Assembly (NCBI GenBank): GCA_965203465.1
Contig: CBDBCR010000003.1
Span: 864,001-928,000, forward strand
DNA: 64,000 nt
Reading direction: 5' to 3'
From: Nitrosopumilaceae archaeon
GTDB lineage: Archaea; Thermoproteota; Nitrososphaeria; Nitrososphaerales; Nitrosopumilaceae
A program made the translations under genes and the position numbers. How positions within the stretch are numbered: position 1 is the stretch's first letter; each line of letters starts with the position of its first letter. The notes beneath the pieces were generated by a model, which was not told where the DNA came from, did no database searches, and saw only the letters and a program-made list of their open reading frames with translations. Positions 9,388 to 19,877 of the stretch are shown piece by piece.

Positions 9388-10337
9388 GCGCCGAGATACT
9401 CAGCTGCCCCGAGTGCGACAACTCGCTCGTCCACGACGTGGACTGCGGCGAGAAGATATGCTCCGGCTGCGGCGTGGTCGTCGAGGAGCGCACCGCCTAC
9501 TACGGGCACGAATCCTCGTCGGGCGACGCCGACGAGCGCCTCAGGAACTCGCGCGCCGCCGGCCAGATGACGCTCATGCAGCACGACTTTGGCATAACGA
9601 CGGACATCGCCGACACGGGCCGCGACTACAGCGGCAAGCGCATCAACGGCGAGATCGCCGGCAAGATATACAACATGCGCAGGTGGCAGACCCGGGTGAG
9701 GGTGTCCAAGCCTCGCGACAGGCGGCTGGTCAACGTGCTGACCAGGATCTCGGAGATGTGCGACAACATGGGGCTGCCCAACAACGTGGCAGAGACGGCC
9801 TCGATGGCGTACAGGGAGGTGGAGCGCCAGATGGGCATAAAGAACAAGTCCATAGTGGCGGTGTCGGCGGCGGTCATACAGATGGCCTGCAAGAGGTGCG
9901 GCGTGATACGCTCGCCCGAGGAGATATGCAGGTCCGTCTGCACGCCCGCCGAGGCCAGGAAGAAGGCCAGGCTGGCCTCGCGGTTCTACAGGGAGATGGC
10001 CATAGAGCTGGGCCCCGTGGCGGCCCCGGCGCTCTCCATAGACAAGTACATTTCCAAGATATCGAGCATGACGCGCACCGACGTGCGCGTCGAGCGCCTG
10101 GCCCTCGAGATAGCAGAAAAGACAAAGGGCGGGAGCGTCTCGGACGGCAAGGCGCCAAACGGCGTAGCCGCCGCGTACCTGTACGTGGCCTCGACGCTGC
10201 TCGGCCAGACCGTGCTCCAGAGGGAGATATCGGCGGCTGCCGGCGTGACCGAGGTGACCATCAGGAACCGCTGCAAGGAGATACTCGCCGAGAGGCGCGT
10301 GCGCATCGTGCTGCGCCCCTCGCTGGCCGGCCCTTAG
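9384..10337 (+). CDS. tfb: Transcription initiation factor IIB (TFB)
   Basis: CPEC...GEKICSGCG zinc ribbon, two cyclin repeats, GVTEVTIRNR. Start ATG 9384. Confidence 0.95.
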   Translation: MSAEILSCPECDNSLVHDVDCGEKICSGCGVVVEERTAYYGHESSSGDADERLRNSRAAGQMTLMQHDFGITTDIADTGRDYSGKRINGEIAGKIYNMRRWQTRVRVSKPRDRRLVNVLTRISEMCDNMGLPNNVAETASMAYREVERQMGIKNKSIVAVSAAVIQMACKRCGVIRSPEEICRSVCTPAEARKKARLASRFYREMAIELGPVAAPALSIDKYISKISSMTRTDVRVERLALEIAEKTKGGSVSDGKAPNGVAAAYLYVASTLLGQTVLQREISAAAGVTEVTIRNRCKEILAERRVRIVLRPSLAGP

Positions 10338-10388
10338 GCAGAGCTAAATTCCGCGGGCATTATATAACCAACTCGCGCGGCCGGGCGC

Positions 10389-11146
<758 letters not shown>

Positions 11147-11150
<4 letters not shown>

Positions 11151-11806
11151 CGTTCTACCTGGGGTTCAACTTTTTCCGTATAGATCCCAAGTGGCGTTGG
11201 ATGGCGGATCTGGCAAAGGAGGAATCCGCAAAGGAGGCAGAAGCGGTGCTGTCCGGCTCGGGCGCGCGCACGCGCGTGTACTCTACGCTGGGCCTGCGCG
11301 GCGAGGCAGACGCGCTGTTCTGGTTCGGCGCCCCCGAGGTCGAGGGCATCCAGCGCGCCGTCTCGCGCCTGTACTCTACCGTCTTGGGCAAGTACCTGCT
11401 GCCCGCCCGCGCGTACCTGTCCTGCACGAGGCCGTCGGCGTACGCGCCGCCCGGCAGGCCCATCCCCTTCGAGGAGGGCAGGGAGCCCAAAAAGTACGCG
11501 GTGGTGTACCCGTTCACCAAGAGCCGCGAGTGGTACCTGCTGCCCCGCGCCGAGAGGCAGCAGATGATGGACGAGCACATCGAGATCGGGCGCAGGCACC
11601 CGGGCGTGGATCTAAACACGACGTACTCGTTCGGCATAGACGACCAGGACTTTATGCTCGCATTCGAGACCGACGAGCTGCGCGACTTTCAGGATCTGAT
11701 AATGGAGCTCAGGGAGTCGCGCGTCTCGCGGTACGTGGTGCAGGACACGCCCATGATCCCGTGCGTCAGCACCGGTGTCTCTTCCCTGGTCTCCAGCTTG
11801 GGCTAG
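11147..11806 (+). CDS. Chlorite dismutase / coproheme decarboxylase-like heme-binding protein
   Basis: YPFTKSREWYLLP..ER..MMDEHI.IG, TTYSFGIDDQDF. TTG start overlaps the sufC stop. Confidence 0.88.
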
Positions 11807-11835
11807 CCCGCCATGTCGCGCAAAAAAAGATCGCC

Positions 11836-12480
11836 CTAACTAGCGGGGCTGGCTATGTTGAACGTGTATGTGACCGTCAGCGATTCGCCGGTCGCCAGAG
11901 GCGTGGTGCCCGTCAGGGCCACGGTCGCGAACAGCGGGGCCGTGCAGCCGCGCACGTCCGCGTCCGTAGACGAGGCCGCGCATATGCCTATCTGCCGCGG
12001 CGTGTCGCCGTTGTACCAGTTGTTGGTGGCGGTGGTTCCCACGTCGAAGGTCAGCGGCCCGACCACGGCCGTGCCGGCGGTGGACAGGTCCACGCTGTCG
12101 TCGGTCTTGCAGTTGACCGCCGATGAGCTTGCGTTGTCGTCGGCGTCGGCGTTTGTGTTGAACGTCGCGGCCGCCATGGCTTCGGCAGGAGCCGTGTCGT
12201 CGGCGCTCAGGCAGATCGCCCCTATCTGGACGTTGTCCGCCACAGCGGTGGTGCCTTCCGCGAAGGCCTGCTGCAGTATGTGCTGCTCTCCCGCGTTCAG
12301 GAGCTGGTTGTGGACCGTCTCGGTGCTCAGCACGTTGCCGTCGGCGTCCAGGTGCTGGACGACGGCGACCCCGTAAAAGACCGGGCCGGTCTGCGGCGCG
12401 GCCCCGAGGGGGAGCGCCGCGGCCATGCCCACCGCCAGTATCCCGGCGCATGCCAGAGATGCTACGTATGCCTTGTTCAT
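11836..12480 (-). CDS. Secreted protein resembling the phage tail-collar/tail-fibre N-terminal fold
   Basis: N-terminal signal peptide, then HNQLLNAGE...IGAICL...LTF...IGIC...LFATVAL...GESLTVTYTF pattern. Confidence 0.7.
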   Translation of the reverse strand: MNKAYVASLACAGILAVGMAAALPLGAAPQTGPVFYGVAVVQHLDADGNVLSTETVHNQLLNAGEQHILQQAFAEGTTAVADNVQIGAICLSADDTAPAEAMAAATFNTNADADDNASSSAVNCKTDDSVDLSTAGTAVVGPLTFDVGTTATNNWYNGDTPRQIGICAASSTDADVRGCTAPLFATVALTGTTPLATGESLTVTYTFNIASPAS

Positions 12481-12579
12481 GGGTGGGCGCCGGCGCCTGT
12501 ATAAAAAAAGGTTTCTTGGAATCGGGGGAAAATGGGGCCCGCGGGAAGGTTAAATTGCCCGGGCCGGGCGCGGCAACCC

Positions 12580-13563
12580 GTGAAGTACAGGCGCCTGGGC
12601 GGCTCGGGCATCCTGGTCTCCGAGATAGGCTTCGGGGCCTGGGCCATCGCGCTGGATTGGTGGGGCAAGAAGGTGGAAAAGGGCGAGGCGCTGCGCATGA
12701 TAAGGCGCGCCTTTGACCTCGGCGTCACGCTCTTCGAGACCGCCGACATGTACGGCAGGGGCAGGAGCGAGGAGCTGCTCGGCGAGGCCCTCGAGGGCAG
12801 GATGGGCGAGGTGGTGATATCGACAAAGTACGGGTACGACTTTGGCTCGGCAGAGCAGGTGGGCCACGCGGAGCTGCCGCAGCGCTTCGACGAAGAGTTC
12901 ACGCGCAGGGCCCTCGAGGCCAGCCTGGGGCGCCTGGGCGCCGACAGCGTCGGCGTGTACGGCCTGCACAACCCAAAGCTGCGCCACGTGCGCGACGACG
13001 GCGTGTTCAAGGTGATGGAGTCGCTCATAGCCGAGGGGCGCGCGGGCGCCTGCCAGGTGGCCCTCGGCCCGGCCATAGGCTGGCTGCGCGAGGGGCTCGA
13101 GGCCATGGACAGGCCGCAGGTCTCGGCGGTGCAGACCGTCTACAACGTACTGGAGCAGGATCCGGGCAACGAGCTCATGCGCAGGGCCCAAGAGACGGAC
13201 ACCGGCGTGCTCTGCAGGGTGCCGGACGCCTCGGGGATACTGACCGGCAAGGTCGGCGCCGACACCAAGATAGACGAAAAGGATCACCGCTCGGTGCGCA
13301 AGGGCGAGTGGGTGCGCGCCTCGCTGGCCAAGGTCGAGCAGCTGCGCCCCATAGCCGAGGGGCTGGGCATGACCGTCACAGAGCTTGCGGTAAAGTTCAT
13401 ACTCTCCAAAGACGCGGCCTCTGCGGTCCTGCCGACCGTCGTGAGCGTCGAAGAGGTGGAGCAGTTTGCCGCCATGTCCGACGGCTCGTACGTAGGGAGG
13501 GCAGAGATGGGGCGCATCGCCGAGCTGTTCGCCTCGTGGCCCGCCTACGAGATAAAGGCCTAG
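12580..13563 (+). CDS. Aldo/keto reductase
   Basis: MKYRRLGGSGILVSEIGFGAW, FETADMYG.G.SE, ISTKYG. Start GTG 12580. Confidence 0.93.
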   Translation: MKYRRLGGSGILVSEIGFGAWAIALDWWGKKVEKGEALRMIRRAFDLGVTLFETADMYGRGRSEELLGEALEGRMGEVVISTKYGYDFGSAEQVGHAELPQRFDEEFTRRALEASLGRLGADSVGVYGLHNPKLRHVRDDGVFKVMESLIAEGRAGACQVALGPAIGWLREGLEAMDRPQVSAVQTVYNVLEQDPGNELMRRAQETDTGVLCRVPDASGILTGKVGADTKIDEKDHRSVRKGEWVRASLAKVEQLRPIAEGLGMTVTELAVKFILSKDAASAVLPTVVSVEEVEQFAAMSDGSYVGRAEMGRIAELFASWPAYEIKA

Positions 13564-14543
13564 ACAAAGTATTCCACGCGCGACTTTTTGAACTCGCGCG
13601 AGCTGAACAGGATGTCGTACTCTGAGACGCCCACGTGCGCCTCTATCTGCGAGGCCACCTGCCGCGCCTCGCCCACGGTCCTGCAGTGGATCATGGAAAA
13701 GACGTTGTACGGCCAGTCGGGGTATGTGGGCCGCTGGTAGCAGTGGCTCACCTGCGGGAACGCGCCCAGCTTGGAGCCGACCTCCTGTATGCGCGCCTCG
13801 GGCACCTTCCAGACTATCATGCCGTTGGCCGTGAAGCCGGCGTCGCGGTGGCGCAGGATGGCCGCGAAGCGGCGCAGCACCCCGATCTCCTGGTAGCCGC
13901 GCAGCCGCTCGAATATCTCGGCCGTCCCGATGCCCAGCGATCTTGCGTACCCCGAGAACGGCTCGTCGGTTATCTCCAGGTCGCGCTGCAGGTGGCGCAC
14001 GAACTCCTTGTCGCTCTCGGTCGGCGAGAACTCTTTGGCGGGCGCGCCGGCCCCGCCCTCGGTCGGGCTGACCGGGCGCTTTTCGTCCTCGACCATGTCC
14101 AGCTTTACTCCGATCTTGAAGAGGCGCAGCGTGGGCAGCATCCGCACGCGCCGCACGCCGGGCAGCCCGGAGAACTTTTCCAGCTCCTGCTCGACCGACG
14201 AGCCGGGCGGGACGGCTATGGTGAACCACAGGTTGAAGTCGTTGCGCCGCTCGTAGTTGTGGCTGACGCCGGGGTGCTCGTTGACCCTGGCGGCCACCCG
14301 CTCGAGCATGCCCGGCTCGACGTCCATGGCCACCAGCGAGCTCTTGTAGCCGAGCTTGCGCGTGTCGAATATGGCGCTAAGCTGGCGCAGTATCCCGCCC
14401 TTTTTGAGGCGCCGCAGCCTGTCCATCATCTGCTCGGGCCCGATGCCGAACCTCGCGGCCAGCTCGTGGTAGGGCTTTTCCACGAGCGGGAACGTCCACT
14501 GGATCTCGTTGAGGATCTCGCGGTCCAGCTTGTCGAGTTCCAA
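13560..14543 (-). CDS. Siroheme decarboxylase, fused AhbA/AhbB (NirDL/GH-like, Lrp/AsnC fold)
   Basis: Two Lrp-like halves with HPGVSHNYER..FNLWFT and VSHCYQRP.YPDWPYNVFSMIH. Confidence 0.9.
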   Translation of the reverse strand: MELDKLDREILNEIQWTFPLVEKPYHELAARFGIGPEQMMDRLRRLKKGGILRQLSAIFDTRKLGYKSSLVAMDVEPGMLERVAARVNEHPGVSHNYERRNDFNLWFTIAVPPGSSVEQELEKFSGLPGVRRVRMLPTLRLFKIGVKLDMVEDEKRPVSPTEGGAGAPAKEFSPTESDKEFVRHLQRDLEITDEPFSGYARSLGIGTAEIFERLRGYQEIGVLRRFAAILRHRDAGFTANGMIVWKVPEARIQEVGSKLGAFPQVSHCYQRPTYPDWPYNVFSMIHCRTVGEARQVASQIEAHVGVSEYDILFSSREFKKSRVEYFV

Positions 14544-14609
14544 CGCGCCCCTTCCCCGCCGTTTGGAATTAAAGTGTACCCCGGCAGGGGCGTAAAAAAG
14601 GGGGGAGTG

Positions 14610-14744
14610 TCAGTGTTCTGCGTCCTTGCAGGGATCCTGCTTGCATTCGCAGGTGGCATCGCAGTAGCATTCGCTCTGCATGGCGCAGTCGCACTCGCAG
14701 CTGTTCGCCGCCTGTGCCGCGCACCCGCATGCCGCGTCTGACAT
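14610..14744 (-). CDS. Metallothionein-like 44-aa Cys-rich protein (absent from ORF track)
   Basis: MSDAACGCAAQAANSCECDCAMQSECYCDATCECKQDPCKDAEH: 10 Cys, mostly in CxC motifs. TTTAAA box ~22-27 nt upstream and a T6 tract just downstream. Confidence 0.8.
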   Translation of the reverse strand: MSDAACGCAAQAANSCECDCAMQSECYCDATCECKQDPCKDAEH

Positions 14745-14766
14745 GGCAGGACTTTGTTCTAAGGGT

Positions 14767-15558
14767 TTAAAAAGTTGATCCCAGGGCGCGCGCGCAGGCG
14801 CTACGCACCCGAGCGGCCGAATCGGGCGAGGCCGCGTCCAGGTCCATGGCTATGCGGGCCGGCCGCCCCAGATCCTCGGCCGGGGAGTGCCCCAGCAGGC
14901 GCCGGGCCAGCGAGGCCAGGTACAGGTAGCAGGCGGCAGGCGTGGGCGACATGGCCGCGCGCTTGGCCCGCAGCATGTGGGGTGGCGGGCCCGAGCCGAT
15001 CGATTCGGATATGGCCACGACGGATTCGCACATGCGCGAGAGCAGGGTGGGCGAGGCCCTCTCCAGGCCCAGCTCCGCCAAGATCGGCGCCGGGGCGCCG
15101 CGCAGGGCCGCCAGGCCGTGCGTGGGAGACGGCCTGACGCCGGACGCGGCCATGTGCGCCTCGGCAAGGCGCAGCGCGCCGGCCTTTGCCCACATGGCAG
15201 AGCGCCAGCCCCGGTCGGCCTCGGCGAGCGCGCAGCACTCGGCGGCCTCAACGGCCAGGCCGCGCGAGTACGCCCTGAGGACCTTTTCGGGCCGCAGCGC
15301 CGAGAGGGCCGTGCGCAGATCCCAAGAGCCGTCGCGGAGCACCCTCATGCCCAGGTAGTGGGCGGCCCTCTCGGGCCGCATGTCCGAAATGTCCGCGTGG
15401 CTCACGCGCACCGGGCCCCGGTACTCGTCGGGCCCGGGCCCGTCGAAGACGGTCACGTTGTAGTCGCACTCTTGCAGGGGCCCGCCGCCGGCGCGGCACC
15501 CGCCTAGGCCGGCCGGCGCGTCCCCCGGCACCAGCTCCAGCAGGTCTTCGTCGCGCAA
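14767..15558 (-). CDS. Conserved hypothetical protein (nucleotidyltransferase-like N-terminus)
   Basis: GLGGCRA.....ECDYNVTVFD resembles the G-S/DxD motif region. TTG 15558 lies after a TTAAG box. Confidence 0.6.
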   Translation of the reverse strand: MRDEDLLELVPGDAPAGLGGCRAGGGPLQECDYNVTVFDGPGPDEYRGPVRVSHADISDMRPERAAHYLGMRVLRDGSWDLRTALSALRPEKVLRAYSRGLAVEAAECCALAEADRGWRSAMWAKAGALRLAEAHMAASGVRPSPTHGLAALRGAPAPILAELGLERASPTLLSRMCESVVAISESIGSGPPPHMLRAKRAAMSPTPAACYLYLASLARRLLGHSPAEDLGRPARIAMDLDAASPDSAARVRSACARALGSTF

Positions 15559-15635
15559 CGGCCACGGCCCGGCGCGGCCCGCCTTAAGGCTTGTTCGGGT
15601 TGCTTTAAATTGGAAACTCGGGGCGCGCGCCCCGA

Positions 15636-15711
15636 GCTCCTGTGGTGTAGTCCGGCTAAGCATACTGCCCTCTCAAGGCAGTGATCTCGGGTTCAAATCC
15701 CGACGGGAGCA
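15636..15711 (+). tRNA. tRNA-Glu(CTC)
   Basis: Acceptor GCTCCTG/CGGGAGC, anticodon arm CTGCC-CTCTCAA-GGCAG, GTTCAAATC T-loop, upstream TTTAAA box. Confidence 0.95.
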
Positions 15712-15954
15712 TCGCACCCGTCCCGCGGGGGGCGCGGCGGTTTTCGCGGAAACCCGATCGCCGAAATAGCGCTTGCCGGGCCTAGCGGTCGTGTAAGAAC
15801 CCAGCGCGGTCCGTCTGCCGGGAACCGCCCGCCCGAGTCAGCCTCGGAGGGGGCGGATCTTCCGTCGCCGCTAGATCGCAACGGCGGGGCGGCGGCAAAA
15901 GGCGAACTCGGGGCCGGCGTGCGCGAATTGGACGCGTCCGGCGCGTCGGGCTTG

Positions 15955-16038
15955 GGCAATTCGTGTTTTCGTGCCTGCGCGGCAACGGGATCGGCCGAAA
16001 ACCGGCCCCGCCCAAGCACGGATTGCAAAAGTGCCGAA
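15955..16038. repeat. Degenerate copy of a ~100-bp MITE-like repeat (other copy 21169-21267)
   Basis: GGCAATTCG..TTTTCGTGCCTGCGC...GGATCGGCC.AAAA.CGGC.CCGC.CA.GCACGGAT shared between the two sites. Confidence 0.75.
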
Positions 16039-16083
16039 GCCGCCGTTGGTAATGGTTATTAACTCGCGTGCGGCAAACGCGGC

Positions 16084-17334
16084 ATGATGGGGCCGTTCCT
16101 AAAGCGCATCAGGGTGCGGAACTTCAAAAGCCTTGCAGATGTGGATCTGGAACTGAACAGGTTCAACGTCATAATTGGCGCCAACGCCGCCGGCAAGTCA
16201 AACTTGGTGCAGATCTTTAAGTTTTTGCGCGACATTAGGGAGCACGGACTGGACAACGCGGTCTCGATGCAGGGGGGCTCCAAATACATCGGCAACATGA
16301 GGATGCCGGAACAGAGCACGGTGATCGAGCTGGAGACGGAGCTGCCGAAGGGGTCGCGCATGCGCGTTCCGGTCGAGCGCAGGCTGTACAGCGTGGGGGG
16401 ACGATGGCGCCTGGAGTTCAAAGCGGGAGAGGGTCGGGATGTCGAAATAATCGACGATTCGTGGACTTTTGACATACTGCAGAGCGCCAAAAGCGCGCAT
16501 GGCGGCGGCAGGGACAAGCGGCAGCCGGATCCTGCGGGCAGCCGCCCAAAAGGGACCGTCGAGGTGACGCAAAAGGGCGGACTCCTGTACTTTGAGACGG
16601 ATCTTGGAGACGATCTGCAAGACGCGTTCGATCGCCACGCGGACGAACTGGACGCCGGGAAGAACGGGCTGCTGGTGGAATCAAGAATTTTGGAGCATTT
16701 TTTCCCCCGGATCTTTAGATTTGAGAGCATTGGCACGTACGACTTTGATTCAAGGCTGGCGGGAACTTCCACGCCGATAAAAGGGATGCCGGTGTTGGAG
16801 GATGACGGCTCCAACCTGGCCGTGGTGCTCAAGTACATACTGGACGACGACGGCAGCAGCGGCGAGTTGCACGCTTTGGTGTCCAACATATTGCCGTTCG
16901 TAAAAACCATCGGAGTCAAGGACTTTGTGAAATCCGTCATGTTTACGGTCGCCGAAAAGCACCTCGAGGAGCCGATGCCGTCCTCGCTCCTCTCCGACGG
17001 GACCGTCAGCGTGGTGGCCCTAGTCGTATCGTTGTATTTTGAAGAGATGCCGGTGGTGGTGGTGGAGGAACCCGAGAGGCACATGCACCCCTCTTTGATG
17101 GCCAAAGCGGTGGAGATGATGAGGGACGCCTCCGAGAGGCGGCAGATCATAATAACGACGCACAGCCCGGAGTTGGTCCGCTATGCCGGATTGGAGAGTT
17201 TGTACGCGATCAAAAAAGGATCCGACGGGTATTCCGAGATCGGTCGTCCGTTCACGAATAAAGAGCTCGTCAAGTTCCTGGAAAACGATATGGGCGTCGG
17301 GGAGATGCATGTGCAGAACCTGCTGGAGTGGTAG
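16084..17334 (+). CDS. AAA_21/ABC-type ATPase of the OLD/AbiL/PARIS-like defence class
   Basis: NFKSL, Walker A GANAAGKSN, LSDGT signature, VEEPERHMHP, ITTHSP. Confidence 0.9.
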   Translation: MMGPFLKRIRVRNFKSLADVDLELNRFNVIIGANAAGKSNLVQIFKFLRDIREHGLDNAVSMQGGSKYIGNMRMPEQSTVIELETELPKGSRMRVPVERRLYSVGGRWRLEFKAGEGRDVEIIDDSWTFDILQSAKSAHGGGRDKRQPDPAGSRPKGTVEVTQKGGLLYFETDLGDDLQDAFDRHADELDAGKNGLLVESRILEHFFPRIFRFESIGTYDFDSRLAGTSTPIKGMPVLEDDGSNLAVVLKYILDDDGSSGELHALVSNILPFVKTIGVKDFVKSVMFTVAEKHLEEPMPSSLLSDGTVSVVALVVSLYFEEMPVVVVEEPERHMHPSLMAKAVEMMRDASERRQIIITTHSPELVRYAGLESLYAIKKGSDGYSEIGRPFTNKELVKFLENDMGVGEMHVQNLLEW

Positions 17335-17868
17335 ATGTGTCGATCGTGCATGTGTTGCTGGAGGGCCCAGACGACGCGATGTTTTTCGAGTCAGTGCTGC
17401 ATGACGCGCTGGCCAAGAAATACGACATAATCAAAACGTTCCGATATGTGCAGAGCCCCAAAAAAAGATCTAGAAAAATACGTAAAATCGCTGCATGCCG
17501 CAAAGCACGACTATATCGTGCTTGCGGATTTCGACGCCGGTTCCACCTGCTACAGCTGGCGAAAAGAGCGGCTCCGCGCTAGGATCCCCCATGCGCGCTG
17601 CGACAACATGGCCGTAGTGAAAACCGAGATTGAAAGCTGGTACCTTGCGGGCATCGGCCAACCCGAATGCAGAATCCTGCGAATCCCCTACCACCCAAAC
17701 ACGGAATCCATATCAAAAAAAGAGTTTGAGCGGATGCGCAAGGACTCAAGATCCGCGTCCAGAATAGTGTTCATGAAAAAAATACTCGCCATGTTTGATG
17801 CCGAGGGCGAAAAAGCAGAACGCCTCGTTCGAGTACGTGTGGGACAAGTTTGTGTCCCCGCGCCGTGA
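17328..17868 (+). pseudogene. TOPRIM-like (DUF4276/RloB-like) partner of the ATPase, frameshifted
   Basis: LLEGPDD (frame 1) continues after the A7 run at 17460-17466 into VLADFD and EIESWYLA (frame 2). A probable second shift near 17805 gives AKKQNASFEYVWDKF. Confidence 0.75.
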
Positions 17869-18027
17869 TCGGCACCCCGCAAGTGCCGAAACCCGCTAGC
17901 GCCCGGCCGTGCGTGCCGGTCAGTTTCAGCGCCAACTCGCAAATGGCGCACGCCGGCCTTCCGCCCCGACCCGGATCGCGGGTCCTCAAATTCAAGCCGT
18001 TCGCCGCCATGGAACCCCGCGGGAGCC

Positions 18028-18711
18028 TCACGCCCTCGCCATCAAAAAGACCACGCGCGCAGAGACGGACATCTCCGAGTCCGGCGCCGAGATGGGCGCC
18101 GAGCGGAGCGAGTCGGCCATGGCGAACGCCGGCCCGGCCCACGGAACGTCGCCCAGATCCACGCTCTTTACGCCCACGACGCGGTAGCCGAGCGGCTCGA
18201 GGGCCATGTCCGCCCGGGCGCGCGCGTCGAGCACGGCCGATTCTACCAGCCCGTCGCGCGCCTCGGCCGCGCGCTCCGCCGAGAGGCCGAACGAGACCGA
18301 GTCCACCCTGTTGGCGCCGGCCTCCACCGCCCCGTCCACCAGGGCCGCGGCCGAGCCGAGCATGGCCGTGCTTATGCTGATCTGGTTGGAGACGCGGTAC
18401 CCCACCAGCTCCTGCCGCTCGCCGTAGTCGTAGACCGGGTATATGCTCAGGTGGCCGGTGGCCGAATCCCCGTCCGGCAGCCCGGCTTGGCGCAGCGCCG
18501 CAAAGACGGCGGCCATGCGCTCGGAGTTTTCCGCGAGCGCCGAGAGCGCGGTGGGCGCCTGCGTCTCGACGCCCAAGCTTATCGACAGCACGTCCGGCGG
18601 CAGCGAGACTGACGCGGCGCCGGTGACCGACACGGTGCGCTCGCCCGCCTCGGCGTGCGCGGACCCCGCGGCGACCAGGGCCGCGGCGGCCGCTAGTACC
18701 AGAAGCTTCAC
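18028..18711 (-). CDS. SIMPL (DUF541) domain secreted protein
   Basis: Signal peptide, SVTGAASVSLPPD, GYRVSN, GANRVDSVSF, AVLDARARA. Confidence 0.9.
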   Translation of the reverse strand: MKLLVLAAAAALVAAGSAHAEAGERTVSVTGAASVSLPPDVLSISLGVETQAPTALSALAENSERMAAVFAALRQAGLPDGDSATGHLSIYPVYDYGERQELVGYRVSNQISISTAMLGSAAALVDGAVEAGANRVDSVSFGLSAERAAEARDGLVESAVLDARARADMALEPLGYRVVGVKSVDLGDVPWAGPAFAMADSLRSAPISAPDSEMSVSARVVFLMARA

Positions 18712-18819
18712 GCGGAGGCGGCGCGCCGGGCCGTATTTATCGGTATGCCAAGTTCACGATCTAGATTTGCGTTCCGTATGAGCTGACAGCATCTGACACA
18801 CCGAAATGTAATGCCGGCG

Positions 18820-19774
18820 TCAGGATGGAGCCGCATCGGGAGGCGGTGGCTGAACCGGGGACACGAGTCGATGTTTCATGAACGTCTTGTCAGTTTGGTT
18901 TTCTATGATTTTGGCGGGGCCGTGCTGAAATGTGATCATCGTCGCATGGAATACCGACAGAACCAAGTCGTGCAGGAGCGGATCGTCCTCCAACGATGCC
19001 ACTTCAAGGCCCAGAGCCTGAGCCGTGTCTTTGTTGATGTGTCTAGAATGGCTCTTAAAGCGGTCGTGATCGGCCAACGCTTCCGCTGAGTTTTTAGCCC
19101 TGTCGCCGGCGTCACGCTGCCCTCTGTACATGTACTGCTCCAGCCAAGATGATACCAGATCCTTTGACAGATCCTGCGCACTGCGGCATTGTTCTATCAG
19201 GCCCGGACTGTATTGGTTCAGGATCGGCAAGTACGCACCAAGTTCGTCAGGAGAAGTTTGAGAAACCTTCTTGGCTTTTTCAAAGTTATCGATTATGGCC
19301 TGTACCGGTTGCATGTGTGCTCCGTGCTGGTTCTGCAATACAAACTGCGGATCTATAGGCCCCAGTGACGAGTGCGCTCCCATTACTATTTGATCTGCAG
19401 AACACGCCAGCATAGTTGCAGCCGACATTGCTGCATGCGGTACTATCGCCCGTATGTGACTGAATCGCTTACGTAGATAGGACACTGCTCTCCGCTACTT
19501 CTGCTGATCCACCCGGACTGTGCAGAATCAGATCCAGCGAATCTCCTCGCATGCCCTGCACTACTTCTATGAAGCCGTGCATGTCTTCTTCACTAATGGA
19601 CATGGCCTCCGTGTATGACAAGTTCTGTGTCCAGTCGGACGCATACAGGATCGCGTCTCGCTTGGTATAACTGCACAAATCTTTCATGTACTTTCGTCTG
19701 ACAACGTCGACTCGAGCAGGCTGTCGCAGACTAGATCCAGTCGCTTCCTGCAGAATTTGACCCCATGTTGGCAT
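18820..19774 (-). pseudogene. SDH-family ClpP-fold serine protease, frameshifted near 19487
   Basis: MPTWGQIL, LDLILHSPGGS (frame 1), then SYLR...VPHAAMSAATMLAC...SSLGPIDPQ...SHSRHI (frame 2). Confidence 0.85.
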
Positions 19775-19877
19775 TAGTACGACGAATCGGTCGAGACTAA
19801 TATTCTTTTATTCGGGTGCATGCACAGCACGCGGCCGTAGCGTCTGACCAAGTACTCGTACTTCTGTTGGAGCAGTA

